DNA of 64,000 bases from Eledone cirrhosa (Eukaryota): contig OZ024744.1 of NCBI GenBank assembly GCA_964016885.1, positions 60,512,001-60,576,000 of the forward strand. Reading direction: 5' to 3'. The notes under the pieces are model-generated. The model had not been told where the DNA came from. It saw only the letters and a list, made by a program, of their open reading frames with translations, and ran no database searches. This document shows positions 24,325-38,640 of this stretch, piece by piece. Position 1 is the stretch's first letter, and every line of letters starts with the position of its first letter. The position numbers and the translations under genes are program-made.

Positions 24325-26290
24325 ATCAAGTGGCCAGGAGAGAAGCTAGGAGACAAGTGTACCTTGCAAGAAGGGAAACAGAGGATAGAAAGTTCAAGCA
24401 TGTTCTACAACGTGAGGACCAAAAATGTGAGGTGTTCAGGATTGCTAGACAATGTGTCAAGGAAAACCGTGATATTGTCGGGGAGAAGTGTGTTCGTGAT
24501 GATAACGGTGTACTTGCCTTCACTGATGCTGATAAGAAGGTAGTTTGGAAGTGTCACTATGAGAGACTGAGAATAAATGAGAAAAAGATAGCCAGCCCCA
24601 AATCGATCCAATAAAAGGACCAGTGGTGCAAGTTAAAGGTAGTATAATAAGTAATGCAATCAAAGATAAGATGAAATGCAGTTTGGGTTTGTGTCAGGTA
24701 AAAGTACCACAGACGCTATTTTCCTTCTACGACAACTACAGGAGAAGTACCTAGCTAAAATAAACCCCTCTACTTAACTTTTATAGACCTGGAGAAAGCC
24801 TTTGACAGAGTCCCCCACTCCATTATCTGGTGGGCTCTTAGAAAACTAGGTGTAGATGAATGGCTTGCTCTGTCCTTAGCCCCCTCCTATTTATTATTGC
24901 CCTTCAGACTATAACAGAGGAGTTCAAGACCGGCTGCCCATGGGAACTCCTATACGCAGATGATCTAACACTCATAGCTGAATCTATGGCTGAACTAGAG
25001 AAGAAATTCTAAACATGGAAGCATGGCCGAGAATCAAAAGGCCTTAAAGTTAACTTGTCTAAGACTAAAGTTCTAGTTTGTAGAAAGGAAAATAAGACGC
25101 AGGTGCCCTCAGGGAAATGGCCATGTTCAGTGTGTAGGAAAGGAGTAGGTAGAAATTCCATTTTATGTCCCAAATGCAAAGTATGGGTACATAAAAGATG
25201 TGGGATCACAGGTAAACTATCTAAGAGCGTAGACTTTATATGTGGCCGATGCTCAGGTGCAATAAGTAGCAAGTGCCCACAGAATACTAGCTCCTTCTAT
25301 TGCCCAGATGGTTCTATAGAAATAGTGGACACTTTCCGTTACCTGGGTGACGAAATCAGCAGTGGTGGAGGGTGTTCTGAAAGTACAGTAGCCAGAGTCA
25401 GAACGGGATGGAAAAAGTTCAGAGAGCTTATGCCGCTGTTGGCCACAAAAGGTTTCTCTCTATAAATGAAAGGCAGATTGTATGATGCCTGTATACGAAC
25501 ATCAATGCTACATGGCAGTGAGACCTGGGCATTGTGTGCAGAGGATCTGCGCAGACTGGAAAGGAACGAAGCATGCATGCTCCGTTGGATGTGTAATAGT
25601 AATATGCGTGAACGGCAAAGCATAAATGAACTAAGTGAAACATTAGGAATAAGAGAGATCAGATGCTGTTTACTTGAGAGAAGACTACATTGGTATGGCC
25701 ACGTGATGCGCATGAAAGATGATAGTTGTATAAAAAAGTGCAGGGCGATCAAAATTGATGGTAGTTACGGAGTAGGTAGACCCAGAAAAACCTGGGATGA
25801 TCTGATAAATTCCGACCTTACACACTTGCACCTCTCTAAGACAATGTCACTGAACCGAGATCTTTGGCGCTACGCAGTAATACAAAAGACCCGCCTTGCC
25901 TATGTACAAAGCGAAACCTCCAGTCAGTAGGCACCTCTTGACCAAATATACACCCCAATCCACTACCCCTACCCTATCCTCCCACTCCCACCAACACCAC
26001 CCTCTCTCTGTAAAGTTGGTACCACAACATCAAGTCCAAATAAATGAGATCGAGATCGTGTAGGTGTCACACACCGTCCGCGCTGTAATGTGGCCGTGTA
26101 GGTAACACAGTAAGCTCCCAGTCCACACTGTAAATGTGGTTGGTGTTAGGAAGGGCATCCAGTCATAGAAAACCTGCCAGATAGGCCTATATGAGCGAGA
26201 CACGGTCACCCGACCAACCTTGCCTCAAGTGGGACAACTCCCGTCTAACCCATGCTAGCGTGGAAGATGGACGTTAAACGAAGATGATAT
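24325..26290 (+). mobile_element. RTE family A, long decayed copy
   Basis: FIDLEKAFDRVP, ELLYADDL, PHD-like finger, FRYLG, 3' UTR and (GAT)n tail. Confidence 0.92.
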
Positions 26291-26447
26291 ATATATATGT
26301 CATCATCATCATCATCATCATCATTTAACATCCATTTTCCTAGGAAAGCGACAAGTTGTCCTATTTGAGAAAGTCAGATCAGGTGACCGTGTCTTGCTCA
26401 TACAGAACTTTCTGGCCTAGTTTCTATGACTGAAAGCCCTTCATATA

Positions 26448-26820
26448 TCTATACATAATATAAAAGAGAGATGTTGGTTGGTTGGTTGGTGTCTTTACGC
26501 ATCACACGAAAACGAAAACTGATAATCGAAAAGTAAGTCCAGCAATGGAAGGGTTATTGATGCTAATTTCAAAGAAGAAAAACATCCCGTGTATGCTAAC
26601 CAACTTGACTGCTATTTCTAGCAGGTTGGGAATCAACCATAAAGGATTCCCTCTGTACGTTCGTTGTCAGTGATAATCATGTTTCACGACCAGCGTCTCC
26701 AATTTGAACGCTGGTTTATACACACGCACACACATACTATAAACCAGACAACGCATCCAATACAGATGTTTTCTCTTCTGCCAGTCTGTTTACCCAGACG
26801 AAGTTGGATACCTCAGCTGG
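26448..26820 (+). mobile_element. Non-autonomous Helitron-like element
   Basis: A|TC 5' end (tctatacataatataaaa), subterminal hairpin ccagac-gaa-gttgg, CTGG|T 3' end. Confidence 0.6.
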
Positions 26821-26834
26821 TATATATATATATC

Positions 26835-28750
26835 ATCATCATGATCGTTTAATGTCCATCTTCCACGCTAGCATGGGTTAGACGATTTTGTTCCATTTGA
26901 TGCAGGAATGGTCGGGAGACCACGTCTCGTTTGCACGGAAGCGTTTTTTTACAGCTGGATGCCCTTCCTAACACCAACCAGATTTACAGTATGGACAGGG
27001 AGCCTTTTTACCATATCTCCTACACGGTCACCTTACAGTGTGGACTGTTGTGTCATTTACAGAGTGGACAGAACGATAGAGGGAGGATGGGGTGTGGGGT
27101 GAGGTGTACATTGGGTTAAGAGGTGCCTACTGACTGTAGGTTTGTATGCAATGGCAGTCCGGTCTTCTGTACAACTGCATGGCGCCAAAGGTCTCGATCC
27201 AGTGTCATTGTCTTAGAGAGGTGTAAGTGAGCAAGGTCAGTTTTATCACCTCGTCCCAGGTTTTTCTTGGTCTACCCACTCCGCAGCTTCTATCAATTTT
27301 CATTGCCCTGCTTTTTTATACAGCTGTCGTCCTTCATACGCATCACATGTCCATACCAATGCAATCTCCTCTCCAGGACACAACATTTGATACCTCTTAT
27401 TCTTAGTCTCCCTCTTAAGTCGTTTATGCTTCGCCTTTCGCGCACATTACTATTACACATCCATCGGAGCATGCAAGCTTCATTTCTTTCTAATCTATGC
27501 AGGCCTTCAGCACACATTGCCCAAGTCTCACTACCATGTAATATCGCCATTCGTATACATGCATCATACAATCTGCCTTTCATTTTTAGAGAAAAACCCT
27601 TGTGGTCAACAGCGGTATTAGCTCTGAACTTTTTCCATCCCGCTCTAACTCTGGCTGCTACACTTTCAGAGCACCCTCCCCCACTGTTGATTTTGTCACC
27701 CAGGTAACGGAAGGTGTCTACTATTTCTATAGAACCATCTGGGCAGTTGAAGGAGATACCATCCAGTGGGCCCTTGCTACTTACTGCACCTGAACATCGG
27801 CACGTATAAAATCTACATTCTTAGATAGCTTACCTCTGATCCCACTACATCTATTATGTACCCATAGTTTGCATTTGGGATATAGAATGGAGTTTCTGCC
27901 TACTCCTTTCTTACACACTGAGCATGACTATTTCCCTTAGGGCACGTGTGTCCTATTCTCCTTTATACACACTAGAACCTTAGTCTTAGACAAGTAAACT
28001 TTAAGGTCTTCTGATTCAAGGCCATACTTCCATGTTTGGAACTTCCTCTCTAGTTCAGCCATAGATTCAGCTATGAAAGTTAGATCATCTGCATATAGAA
28101 ATTCCCATGGGCAGCCAGACTTAAACCGCTCTGTTATAGCCTGTAGGATAATAATAGACAGGTTGGGGGCTAAGAACGGAGCCCTGGTGAACCCCTACTA
28201 TTATGCTAAATTCTTCACTATATTCTTCGTTAATTCTAACCTTGTTGACTGTTCCTCTATACATGGCTTGTACAGCTCTCACAAGCCATTCTTCCACTCC
28301 TAGTTTTCTAAGAGCCCGCCAGATTAAGGTGTGTGGGACTCTGTCAAAAGCCTTCTCCAGGTCAACAAAAGCTAAGTAGAGGGGTTTACTGTTAACTAGG
28401 TACTTCTCCTGTAATTGCCAAATAAGGAAAAGATCATCTGTGATACTTTTACCTGGCACAAACCGCAACTGCACTTCATCTAGATCAATTTGGTTTCTAA
28501 TCAGTTGAATAATAACTCTTTCTGTGACTTTCATGACCTGGTCAACTAATTTAATGCCTCTATAGTTTCCTCTATCTAGGGCGTCTCCTTTGCCCTTGTA
28601 ACAGTTGATGATGATGATGCTACACCAGTCATTTGGTATGACCCCATTCTGTATTACTTGGTTTACTATCCAGGTGACCATAGTATGTCTGGTGAGACAT
28701 ACCTTCAACATTTCAGCAACTATCCCTGAAGGTCCAGCTGCCCCTTGCCT
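26835..28750 (-). mobile_element. RTE family A, long decayed copy
   Basis: ORF 28121-28792 (YKGKGD..NYRGIKL, AFVDLEKAFDRVP, GVHQGS). Confidence 0.92.
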
Positions 28751-29444
28751 GTATATATATATATAAATCATCATCATCATATTTATGTCCATTTTTCCAT
28801 GCTTGCATGATTAGATAGATCTTTTTCAGCACAGCATCTCTCCCTTGTCATGTTCCTTCATCATTTCCTCTGTAAGTCCCAGTGATTTGAAGTCAACTCT
28901 CACCACCTCTGCCCAGGTCTTTTTGGTCTATCTCCACTGCAGCTTCCTTCCACTGGTATTACCTGGCATTTCATCAATCAATCATCATCCATGCGCATCA
29001 CATTTCTCTCCAGTCTATGCATGTCTTCTGCAGTCACATCCCATGTTTCACTTCCATGAAGCATCACACTTCGCACACAGGTGTCATACAGTCATCCCTT
29101 TGATTATAGGGAGGAACCTTTTATAGTCAACAGTGGGAGCAAACTTTTCCATCCTATCATTATTCTAGCTATTATACTCTGAGAGCACCCTCCTCTGCTG
29201 CTAATTCAGTTACCTAGATAGCAGAAGCTATCAACTATTTCTATGGACCCTTCCTGAGACTGGTAAAGGTTTACATCACTGGTGCTCTTCCCCTCAATTA
29301 CCTCTGTGCATCTGCATACAAATAATACATCTCATCCAATAATGTGTACGTATCTACATATTGAGTGTAGATATGTATATATACAGGTTATATCAAAAAG
29401 AATTATACAATGTTATTTACAATTTTTACAAATATCTGGATAAC

Positions 29445-30260
29445 GATAGCTTGCCACACAAATTTCACTGCGGATCCACCATAGACTCTTTCGGCTTCCA
29501 CCTGCTGTCCTGTCGCTACAGTGCCAGTTGTCTTCCACGCCATGATGTTCTCAACAAGGTCATAAAGCATGGCTTGAATACTGCAGGCTACCCCTCCCAG
29601 CTCAAGCCGGTGAGGCTGGACTGAGGTAGAATGCAAAAGGCAGATGGCATGACCATCTTCCCATCCCGCAGTGATAAACCCCCTCATCTGGGATGCCACA
29701 TGCAACAACACACTCTCCAGTGGCTACATGGTGTATTCTGTGACTAACCCAGGTTCTGCTGCACTTCGGGCCGAGGAAGGTAAACTCTCCAAATGTTGGT
29801 CACTCTCCGATAGGTTTGCAGTCGAGCCCATACCAGTGGAGACTTCTGGTGTCCTTGGCCCTAGGGCCACCTCCCTACTCACCACCATCAATGCAGAGCT
29901 GGCTAGCTGCAGGTGTGAGCCTCGCGAGCTGGAATGGCTCTTCCAGCACATCTCCCTTACCATCCTCTGGGGAAACGCCTTCTCTATTCTGTTTTCTGGG
30001 GCGGTGAGGCAGCCAGCGTGTGGGTCCCCATTTGTTCATAATACTGAGAGATGGAGAGAGCGGGAGAGACGAAGGTAGTCACAGTGGGAGTTTGGTTCCT
30101 CTGTGTTCAGACCTGGTGTACATCTGTGTGTAATTTTACACTTATTTTCAGCTTTTACAGCTATTGTTATAAAAGAAAATAAATAACGTTAATTTTTACA
30201 TATGCACAATATGTAAATACTTTATAAAAATTTATAAAAATTATAAAAAAAAGAATAAAA
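29445..30260 (+). mobile_element. CRE-clade (RLE) non-LTR retrotransposon 3' fragment
   Basis: CG..IDSFGFHLLSC zinc finger, RHDVLN, ADG.T...LIWDATC, PIPVETSGVLG, LFQHISL.I..GNA; A-rich tail near 30220-30260. Confidence 0.8.
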
Positions 30261-30869
30261 GTTTATATTCATACATGTATTGCACACATTAGCACATGAT
30301 TATATGGTCTGTTGTTTAAAAAGTATAGCCTTTTTGATACACCTTGTATGTATATTTATGAGAAGGAAACTCAAACAATCAAAACTTTCTTGCCTTGGTT
30401 GCAGTCCACTGAGAATTGTGCTACTGCAACCTAAAACTGTAAAACTCTAGAGGTCAAACTCTGTGATAAATAAAACATGAGGTCTGTTGTTCACTGTGTT
30501 TGTGGAAAACGTTTGCACCAATTCTGTGCTATCAACAGTTCCAAAAAATGTGGATGGTTCTACACAACCTTTCACCACTTAAAACAAATCATCCATGTGA
30601 GTATTCTATCAATTGACATCAGTTTAGTTCTACACAGCTTCACCTATTTGTAACAAAGTCCTCTGGCGAGAGAATGAAGTTGATGGAGAGAGGTTAAGGA
30701 TATTACTGGAAGTTTCTAACTGGAACTCTACACAGTGGCAACCACTGGGTGATGGCCATTCTAGCACAAATCTGGGATCAGTTGTGCTATGTGTCCTCTT
30801 GTAATGACAAATCAGGTCTACTTAGATACAGCACTGCTTTCCAATCAGTGGAGGAGGCAATAAAAGGAG

Positions 30870-32670
30870 CCTGTTATGATGGTCCTCATGAGAATGGTAT
30901 TTTGCTGATTCTCTCATCTGATGGGTAGACACTTCTGATAGATAAGCTGGACATCTTGAAAAGATTGAAAGAGCAGTTTGAAACTATATTGAACTCCACT
31001 TCTGTCATTGAGGACGACATCATAGCATCCATTTCCCAACACCCTGAAATACCTATTGAAGCAACACTGCAGGAAGTGAAGAGCTCCATCAATCAAATTA
31101 TCTGTGGTAAAGAACCTGGCAAGATGCTATTCCACCAGAGATTTTATAAATATGGTGGACAAAAGCTAGTTAGGAAATTGCGTGAGCTCTTCAAAACAAT
31201 TTGGAAGGTCGGCCATGTTCCTTAAGACTACAAAGGCACATCCATCAAACATCTCTACAAGAACAAAGGGAATAGGAGTGTATGTAATAACCATCATAGG
31301 ATATCACTTCTGTCAATTGCTGGTAAAATCCTAGCTGATACTCAATAGGATCATCAAATATATCGTCGATGGCATTTACCCTGAATCACAGTGTGACTTC
31401 CATTCAGGCTGTGGCACAATCGACATGATCTTATCTCTTTGTCAGATTGCTGAGAAAGTCCATGAAAGAAATCAGAAGCTATATAAGGTGTTCATAGATC
31501 TAACAAAGGCCTTTGAGACTGAAAAGCGTTCTGGAAAGTTCTAAAGAAGCTTGGTATACTTGACAAGATGCTTAACATCATTGTCTCCTTCCATAGTGGA
31601 ATGAAAAGTGCTGTTTTATCTGATGGGGAATTGTTGGATTCCTTTGATGTGACAAGGCTGTGTTATGGCTCCAATTCTTTTAGTAGTATTCTTCTTAGTG
31701 ATGCTGAAAAACGCCTTGGTGAAGAAGATACAGGTGTTAGATTCCAATTTTGAATTAATGGATGACTCTTCAACCATCAACGATTCAAAGCTAAGATGCA
31801 TCTATGGACCAGCATCTTTCACAATCTCCTTTTCAAGGATGACACTGCACTCATAGCAACATCTTTAGAGGAAGCCCAGGAACATGTAAACCATTTTACA
31901 AATAGAAACACCATCTCACTTGTTCCCAAGCACCCCTATAAAGGTCAAGTCATTCATATATCTTGGCTGTAAGTTATGACAAGATAATCAATCATATAGA
32001 GAACGTTATGAGTGCATTTGGCAAACTCTGTCATCGCCTCTGGAATGTGTAGGGCATAAAACTGTCGACCAAGATACAGGTTTATAAAGCTGTTGTACTG
32101 ACCACACTTTATATGGATCAGAATCTTGGACTCCATATAGATCACACATCAACCAACTAGATGTCTTTCATAAAGGTTGTCTTCATGCAATCTGTGGGTA
32201 CACACTCGAAGACAAAATATCTAATGCTGACCTCTTCACTAAGTGTAAGGTTGGAGGCATTTAAACCTTTCGTATGAAATCTCAACTACGCTGGGCTGGT
32301 CATGTTATCAGAATGAATGACAAAAGAATATCAAAAGTCCTCATGTACAGCCAACTTGCTAGTAGATTTAGAACTGTTGGACATCAATGTCTCAGATACA
32401 AAGACAAGCTGAAGAGTAATCTTTCATCAACCAATATACCTTATGAGACATTTGTGTAAGTGACCTTAGAACAGAAGGACTGGATATCTGAGTGTTGTAA
32501 TGGGATCAGGAACTTCAAATCCAGTTGTATCCATCGGCTACAAGAAGCAAGAGGGAGGGCAAACACATTATAAAACACACTCACAATAGTGTCCTTGCAC
32601 AGTCTGATCTTCCTTGCAAATCCTTGGCAGGTCTAAAATGTCATACCCGATATAAACATCCAAACTGAAT
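30870..32670 (+). mobile_element. RTE/BovB-like LINE family C, decayed
   Basis: FIDLTKAF, QLRWAGHVIRM...LMYSQL...LRYKDKLK. Confidence 0.8.
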
Positions 32671-32829
32671 AAAGTGAATAGGTTGTTTGGATCCTCATAC
32701 ATCAAAATCAAGGCTTCCTTACTGTTTCCGTCTACCAAATTAATTATTCATTCACATTGGTCAACCTAAGTTATAGTAGACAAAACTTATGCAATGTAGG
32801 ATAGAACCCATACGCCCAGATTGCCTTGT

Positions 32830-34090
32830 GTTATACTGTATAAATTTACAGGCTTCTTTGCTGTTTATTGTGTAAATTAGCATGTTCTTTTATTGTTTAT
32901 TGTGTAACTTCAAATGTTAGTCTTTTGTTTACTGTGTTAACATGTTGATCTGTGTAAATTAATGTTAGTCTGTTGTTCACTGTATAAATTAACATATTAA
33001 TCTCTATTTACTCTTTACATTACACTATACCACGTCCTAACACCCCACCCATCATCAACGTCCCTACACCCTCATTCTTCTCCAGATAGATCTACCTCCC
33101 CCACCCCAGCCCCCAGTCTACACTGTAAGACGGTTGTGTAGGTGACATGACAAAAAGCACCCAGTTCACACTGTAAATGTGGTCATTAGGAAGGGCATCC
33201 AGCCCTAGAAACCAAGCCAGAAACAGTTCTGTATGAACACAACACTGTCATCTGATCTGGCTTGTCTCACAGCAGGACGACTCGTCTAATCCATGTTAGA
33301 GTGGAAAAAATGGACGTTAAACGGTTATGATGATGATGATGTTTACTGTTTACATTAACATGTTGGCCTGCTGTTTATCATCATCATCATCATCATATTT
33401 AAGCCTGTTTTTCTATGCTTGTATGAGTTGGATGGGTCCTTTTCAGCACTCATCTCTCCACATATCTCAAACCTTAGTCATCACTTCTGTGTGTTTCAGC
33501 GTTTTGAGATCAGCTCTCACCACTTCTGTCCAGGTCTTTTTTGGCCTTCCTCTACTGTGGCTTCCTTCCACGGAGATTTCACCATCCATATGCATCACAT
33601 GTCCATACCAATGCACTCTTCTCTCTTACACACTACTTCTGATTCTTCTCAGTTCATCCAAGCTGTCATTCTCTTACAATTAACATTGCACATCCATGAA
33701 ATCATGCTTGCTTCACTTCTCTGCAACCTGTGCATATACTCTGCAGTCACTACCCATGTAGCATATACTCTGCAGTCACTACCCATGTAGCATAGCAATT
33801 CGGACACAGGTGACATACAGCTGACCTTTCGTTCAGAGGGAGAAAGCTTTTGTTGCCATGTTGGTCTTTTGTTTACTGTTTACATGTTAACTTGTTTATT
33901 GTGTAACTTGTTGTTTACTATGAAATTAATGTTTATCTGTATTTACTGCATAAATTAACATGTTGATCTTTTGCTTTCTGTGTAAATTAGCATGCTGGTG
34001 TGCTGTTTACTGTGTTAATTAAAGCATTAATGTTTTTATTGTTTAAAATAAGATGCTGGTCTATTTTTACTGTGTAAATTAACATATTAA
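32830..34090. repeat. AT-rich minisatellite (about 31 nt) interrupted by two RTE 3' ends
   Basis: Recurrent ctgtgtaaattaacatgttgntct units at 32830-33010 and 33860-34090; RTE ends at about 33030-33340(+) and 33378-33860(-). Confidence 0.65.
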
Positions 34091-34137
34091 ATATGTGTAT
34101 GTGTAGAATTAATAATGTGATATTTTTACCCTTCTAG

Positions 34138-34214
34138 GTGGACATATTCTTTCTGGTGCATGTTTAGAACCAAGAGCTTTGAATGAACTTTTTCCAAATT
34201 GGAGTGAATTAGAG
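34138..34214 (+). CDS. ETFDH: ETFDH coding exon C
   Basis: ttctag|...|gtaagt; GHILSGACLEPRALNELFPNWSELE. Confidence 0.96.
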
Positions 34215-34907
34215 GTAAGTAGATTCCATGATTTTAACCCTTTTCACACCCAACCCACCTGAATCCACTCCTCGTTCTATGAAACAAAACTGGCTTTTTT
34301 AATCTTTTTTTCGTCTAAGAACCTTTCAGCCAAACATCTGTTTTATATTACTAAATACTTCCAAATTCTTAATTATTTACAAAATTCTTTGAAACTTTTA
34401 GGCAGTCTTTCATTAGAAAGGGTTGAAGAGGGCTTACAGAATATCATAATCATCATCGTTGTTGTATTTATTTTGGCCTTTCCATGCAGGCATATTTCTA
34501 CAGCCAGACACACCTCCTGATGCCAACTCTTTCCGTTGCCTCTTATGTCATGCTGTGACACAGTGTACTTATCCTGAAAACCCTGCTACCCTCAAGATTA
34601 TTTAAAAATTAAATACATGTTAAATTTAGCAAAATTTACAAAAGCTGCTCACAGCATAAGCAATATATATCTAATGATATAATGTGTACATCTTTCATCA
34701 ATGTGTACATTGGCAAAAGATGCATGCAATTGTTGAGGAAAATTAAAAACTTTTGCTTTTAAATAAAAATACTCTTTGTGGTATCTCTTTGTATGTTCTT
34801 CATATACTGGCTTTTTTTTTTTTTTTACAATATTTTTTTTTTATATTTTTCTTTTCATTTTTTTTTTTGCTGATTTTATGTAGCTTCAGATTAGAGTTAG
34901 ATTTAAT

Positions 34908-35093
34908 TGTTTCTACTTTAGGCACAAGGCCAGCAAATACCCAGTGCATTACTGGTACTTTATTTTATCGACCCCGTAAGGATGAAAGGCAAAGTCAACC
35001 TCGGCGGGACTTGAACTCAGATCGTAAAGGGACGTAACTATGCTGGAAAGCATGGCGTCCGACCCTCTACCGATACTGCCAATCCACCGCCTT
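34908..35093 (-). mobile_element. SINE family 1 with 20-bp TSD
   Basis: agattagagttagatttaat at 34888-34907 and 35094-35113. Confidence 0.9.
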
Positions 35094-35191
35094 AGATTAG
35101 AGTTAGATTTAATGTGTCCTTTTTAGACGGTTTGTTGTAATTTCAGAGAAATTTTGGTGTTATTTTTAGCAGGGTGGATGACAGAGTAGAG

Positions 35192-35854
35192 CAGAGGTTT
35201 ACAAACTTTTTGGACCCCTCCCCACTCATGGTCACGTAATAACCTCGCCCCTCGCCCCACCTACCCACCACCCACACACACGCACGCTCTATTTCCAGAG
35301 AGACCTATACACGCAAATTGTAAATAATATATAATAAATAAAATCGTTAATTTATATATTTAGTGGTTAGAGCATTGGCCTTGCAATCGAAACGTTGTGA
35401 GTTCAATTCTCAGACCGGGTGATGTGTTGTTTCCTTGAGCAAGACACTTTATTTCACATTGCTCCAGTTTACTCAGCTGTAGAAATGAGATGATAGGGAC
35501 TGGGGTCCCTATCATTCCACTGCAAAGTGGTCGTGTAGGTGCCACGGCAAAAAAGCACCCAGCACTCACTGTAAATGAGGTTGGTGTTAGGAAGGGCATC
35601 CAGCTGTAGAAATCAAGCCAGAATCAGTTCCCGTCCCACCCTTGCAAGCAGGGAAAAGCAGACGTAAAATGATGATGATGATGATGATATATATATATAT
35701 ATATATTTTTTTATTTTACAATATTTATATATAATATGTATCCTTTGATATTTAATATAGTGTTATGCATTCTCCACCGCCCCGCCCCCCGCACCTCGCT
35801 GGAATTTCTCAACGTCTCCGGCGAGGCGGGTGGCGCCTACTTTGAGAACCTCTG
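35192..35854. mobile_element. hAT (Charlie-like) non-autonomous element with nested SINE and RTE tail
   Basis: TIR cagaggtttacaaa / tttgagaacctctg; 8-bp flanks gagtagag / ctgtagag (6 of 8 match). Confidence 0.65.
35360..35490 (+). mobile_element. tRNA-derived SINE family 2
   Basis: tagtggttagagc...gagttcaattc followed by ccttgagcaagacactt; relatives near 5715, 15095(-), 38835, 39600, 52547, 52885(-), 54010, 61180. Confidence 0.7.
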
Positions 35855-36229
35855 CTGTAGAGGCTCCCTAGTTACCTCATATATAACTGAATTTATAATT
35901 TCACCGCAATTGAATAAATAGGTTAATGTAACCTATTATATTGTAAGTCCAATAAGTATTTATCTATTCATCAGATTTCCTCTTCATTTCAATAAATTTA
36001 TCATAATTTATATAATTACCATAAGTAATAGTGAAAACAATTTTTTTTAAACATTTAAGTCACTTAGACATACACTGGCTGTGTGTGTATGCTGAAACTA
36101 TTTTTTCCTGGGTACATATAATTATTGCCATCATGGATTGGACAAGATTTTTTAAGGCAGTACTTGACAGCTGAATACCCTTGCTGATGCCAACCTTGTG
36201 ACATATAGGAATATGACGTATATGATGTT

Positions 36230-38640
36230 CTTTTTTCGTCCATTTTCCATATTGGCAGGGGTTATGTCTCGTATGTTAAACGGCTTTTCTTTTAGACATG
36301 CTGTATTAAAATCACAACTAGGTCATCATTTTTGTGTTTTGTTCTTCTTCACCTACTTATTCCCGGTGGAGCAGAGTCCTCAGACATGCTTTTCAGGGTC
36401 CTATCAGAAGCAACTGTCTCAAATTAATCCAACTGAATCGTTAGGCAACACCAGCCAAGCTCATGGTTGTTATTCAACCATCTTGCTCATAGTGTCACTG
36501 GGTCTCCTGCTAATGGGTTTTGCCCATATCTGTCCAGCAATTCTTTTCTATGACATGCCCATAATATCGGAGTTATGATCTCTCAATTCGGAGAAGTAGT
36601 GGCTATACATAGAATTACTGTGATATCCGAGCTACGTACTCTATCAAATAATGTTTCTCCAAAGACTCTTCGGAGGAACCCAATTTTGGCCACTTGTATT
36701 CGCAGTCATATTCTTTCAGTCATTACCCAAGATTCATGACCATATGTAAGGGTTGGCACGAATACCGAATTGAAGATAGCCAGTTTGGTTTTTACACCTA
36801 CCTCCCTTTTTCTGATGACTGGGTGCTGAAACTGGTGCACCAGCTCCTGTAATTCTTGCACTTAATTCAGCCTCCTTACTTCCATCACTCATAAAAATGG
36901 TCCCGAGATACTTGAACGTTTCCTCATGTTTCAATGGAGTTCAGACTTCCTTGAGAAAATGTGTGTCTCAGTCTTTGAAGCACTGTTTTCGTTCCCACCG
37001 TGCTGCACTTTGCAGCAAACCTATCAAGTGCATGCTTAAGATCAGCTTCTGATGAGTTAAGTAGTACCATGTCTTCTGAAAATTTCAGCCAACTGATCCT
37101 ACACCTGCCAGTCTTGATACCACATCCAACCCAGCTGTGTATATCAGTCCAGTTCATGAAGATTATGAACAGGTGACAATACACACCCTTGACAGAGTCT
37201 GACACCCACATTGAATGGTTTTGACATAGCATCATTTATCTTAACACACATTCTTGGGCATTTGTATAGAGACTTCAAGGCAACGAGAAGCTGTCTGTCA
37301 ATCCCATACTCCTGCTGAACTTTCCACAAGTCACAAGAACATGGTCATATGCCTTTTCAAAGTCTATGAAACAAGCATACACCACTTGGCAATTTTCCCA
37401 TAATTTCTCAAAGAACTGCTTCAGTGTCAATATTTGGTTAGCTGTGCTGCATTTGGGATGAAAACCACACTGTTGTTCAGCTAGCTTGGACTCGATAATC
37501 TCCCTACATCTCTTTGACAGACGCTTAGCATAGACTTTATCACAGACGCTTAATAAGGAAATTCCTCTATGATTATTGAAACCCCTCTTGTCTGCCTTTT
37601 TGAAAATTGGGATTATCATTCTTGATTGCCAATGCGTTGATGCCTTTCCAGATATCCAAGCCACCTGACATATGCAAGTTAACTAGAGAATACTTTTTCT
37701 GTTTAATGCTTTTAACAAGAGGTTTGTCTTCACCTCTAGATGAACCTTATGTATATCAGATGTTTTTGTGACCTGATTTAGGAGATCAACAAAGTACTCT
37801 CTCCACATCACTAAGATGCACCTCTCTTCAAAAAGAACCCCAGGCGAGTTCCTGATAGCAGGCATGGAGGGGGATTTCATATTACGGAGCTAGTGAATGA
37901 TCTGCCAAAATACTATATTTGCTGATCTGAAGTTGGTTTCCAGCTTAACTCCAAACCTCCTATGTCTTCTGAAGCCTTTACTGTCTCTGCTGTGATTTTT
38001 CGTGCCTGCTTGTACTGAGAGTGCAAGAAGGAGGACTTATTTCTAAGCTAGCTCTGTAAGCCTCCTACTTTGCACAGATGACATCTTTAACCTCCTCGTT
38101 AAACCAGGCAGTCCTCATGCCACCCGGTACCTCACCAATCTGCTTTCACTTGCAGTATTTAACAGCTGAAGCAGAAAGTACTGATTTAAACAGTCTGCAC
38201 TCCACTTCAACACCCTCAGTTTGCTCAGGGAGTTCTCTGAATTTGGATGTAATAATATCTGCATACCTGGTCCTGACCTCCTTATCAGCCAGTGCTTCCC
38301 ACTTTATTCTGTAGGTCAAACTGTACCTGCCAGTTTTGTGGGCTTTCTTGGCTTTAGATAGTCTCCTGCAGAATCAAAGAGATAAGAAACAATAAAGAAA
38401 TCAATTATTGATATCTATCCCCGATTCCCTTTACACCATGTGTATTTATTGATGTATTTGTGCTGGAAGAGGTTGTTCATAATAGAGAGCCCACTACTAG
38501 TACATAAAGTCTCTTCGTTTACATTTTTAGATTGGCTTGCTGTTCCTTCCAGCCACTCCCTTCCATGTTAGGTGGTCAGTGCCAACATGTTCATTGAAGT
38601 CTCCCATTAGGATATATGGCTCAGTCTTAACTTCAAGACT
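36230..38640 (-). mobile_element. RTE-type LINE family B, long decayed copy (APE plus RT)
   Basis: IIPIFKK..RGISLLS, CFIDFEKAYD, GLCQGCVLSP, FKYLG; APE GDFN near 38600. Confidence 0.88.
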
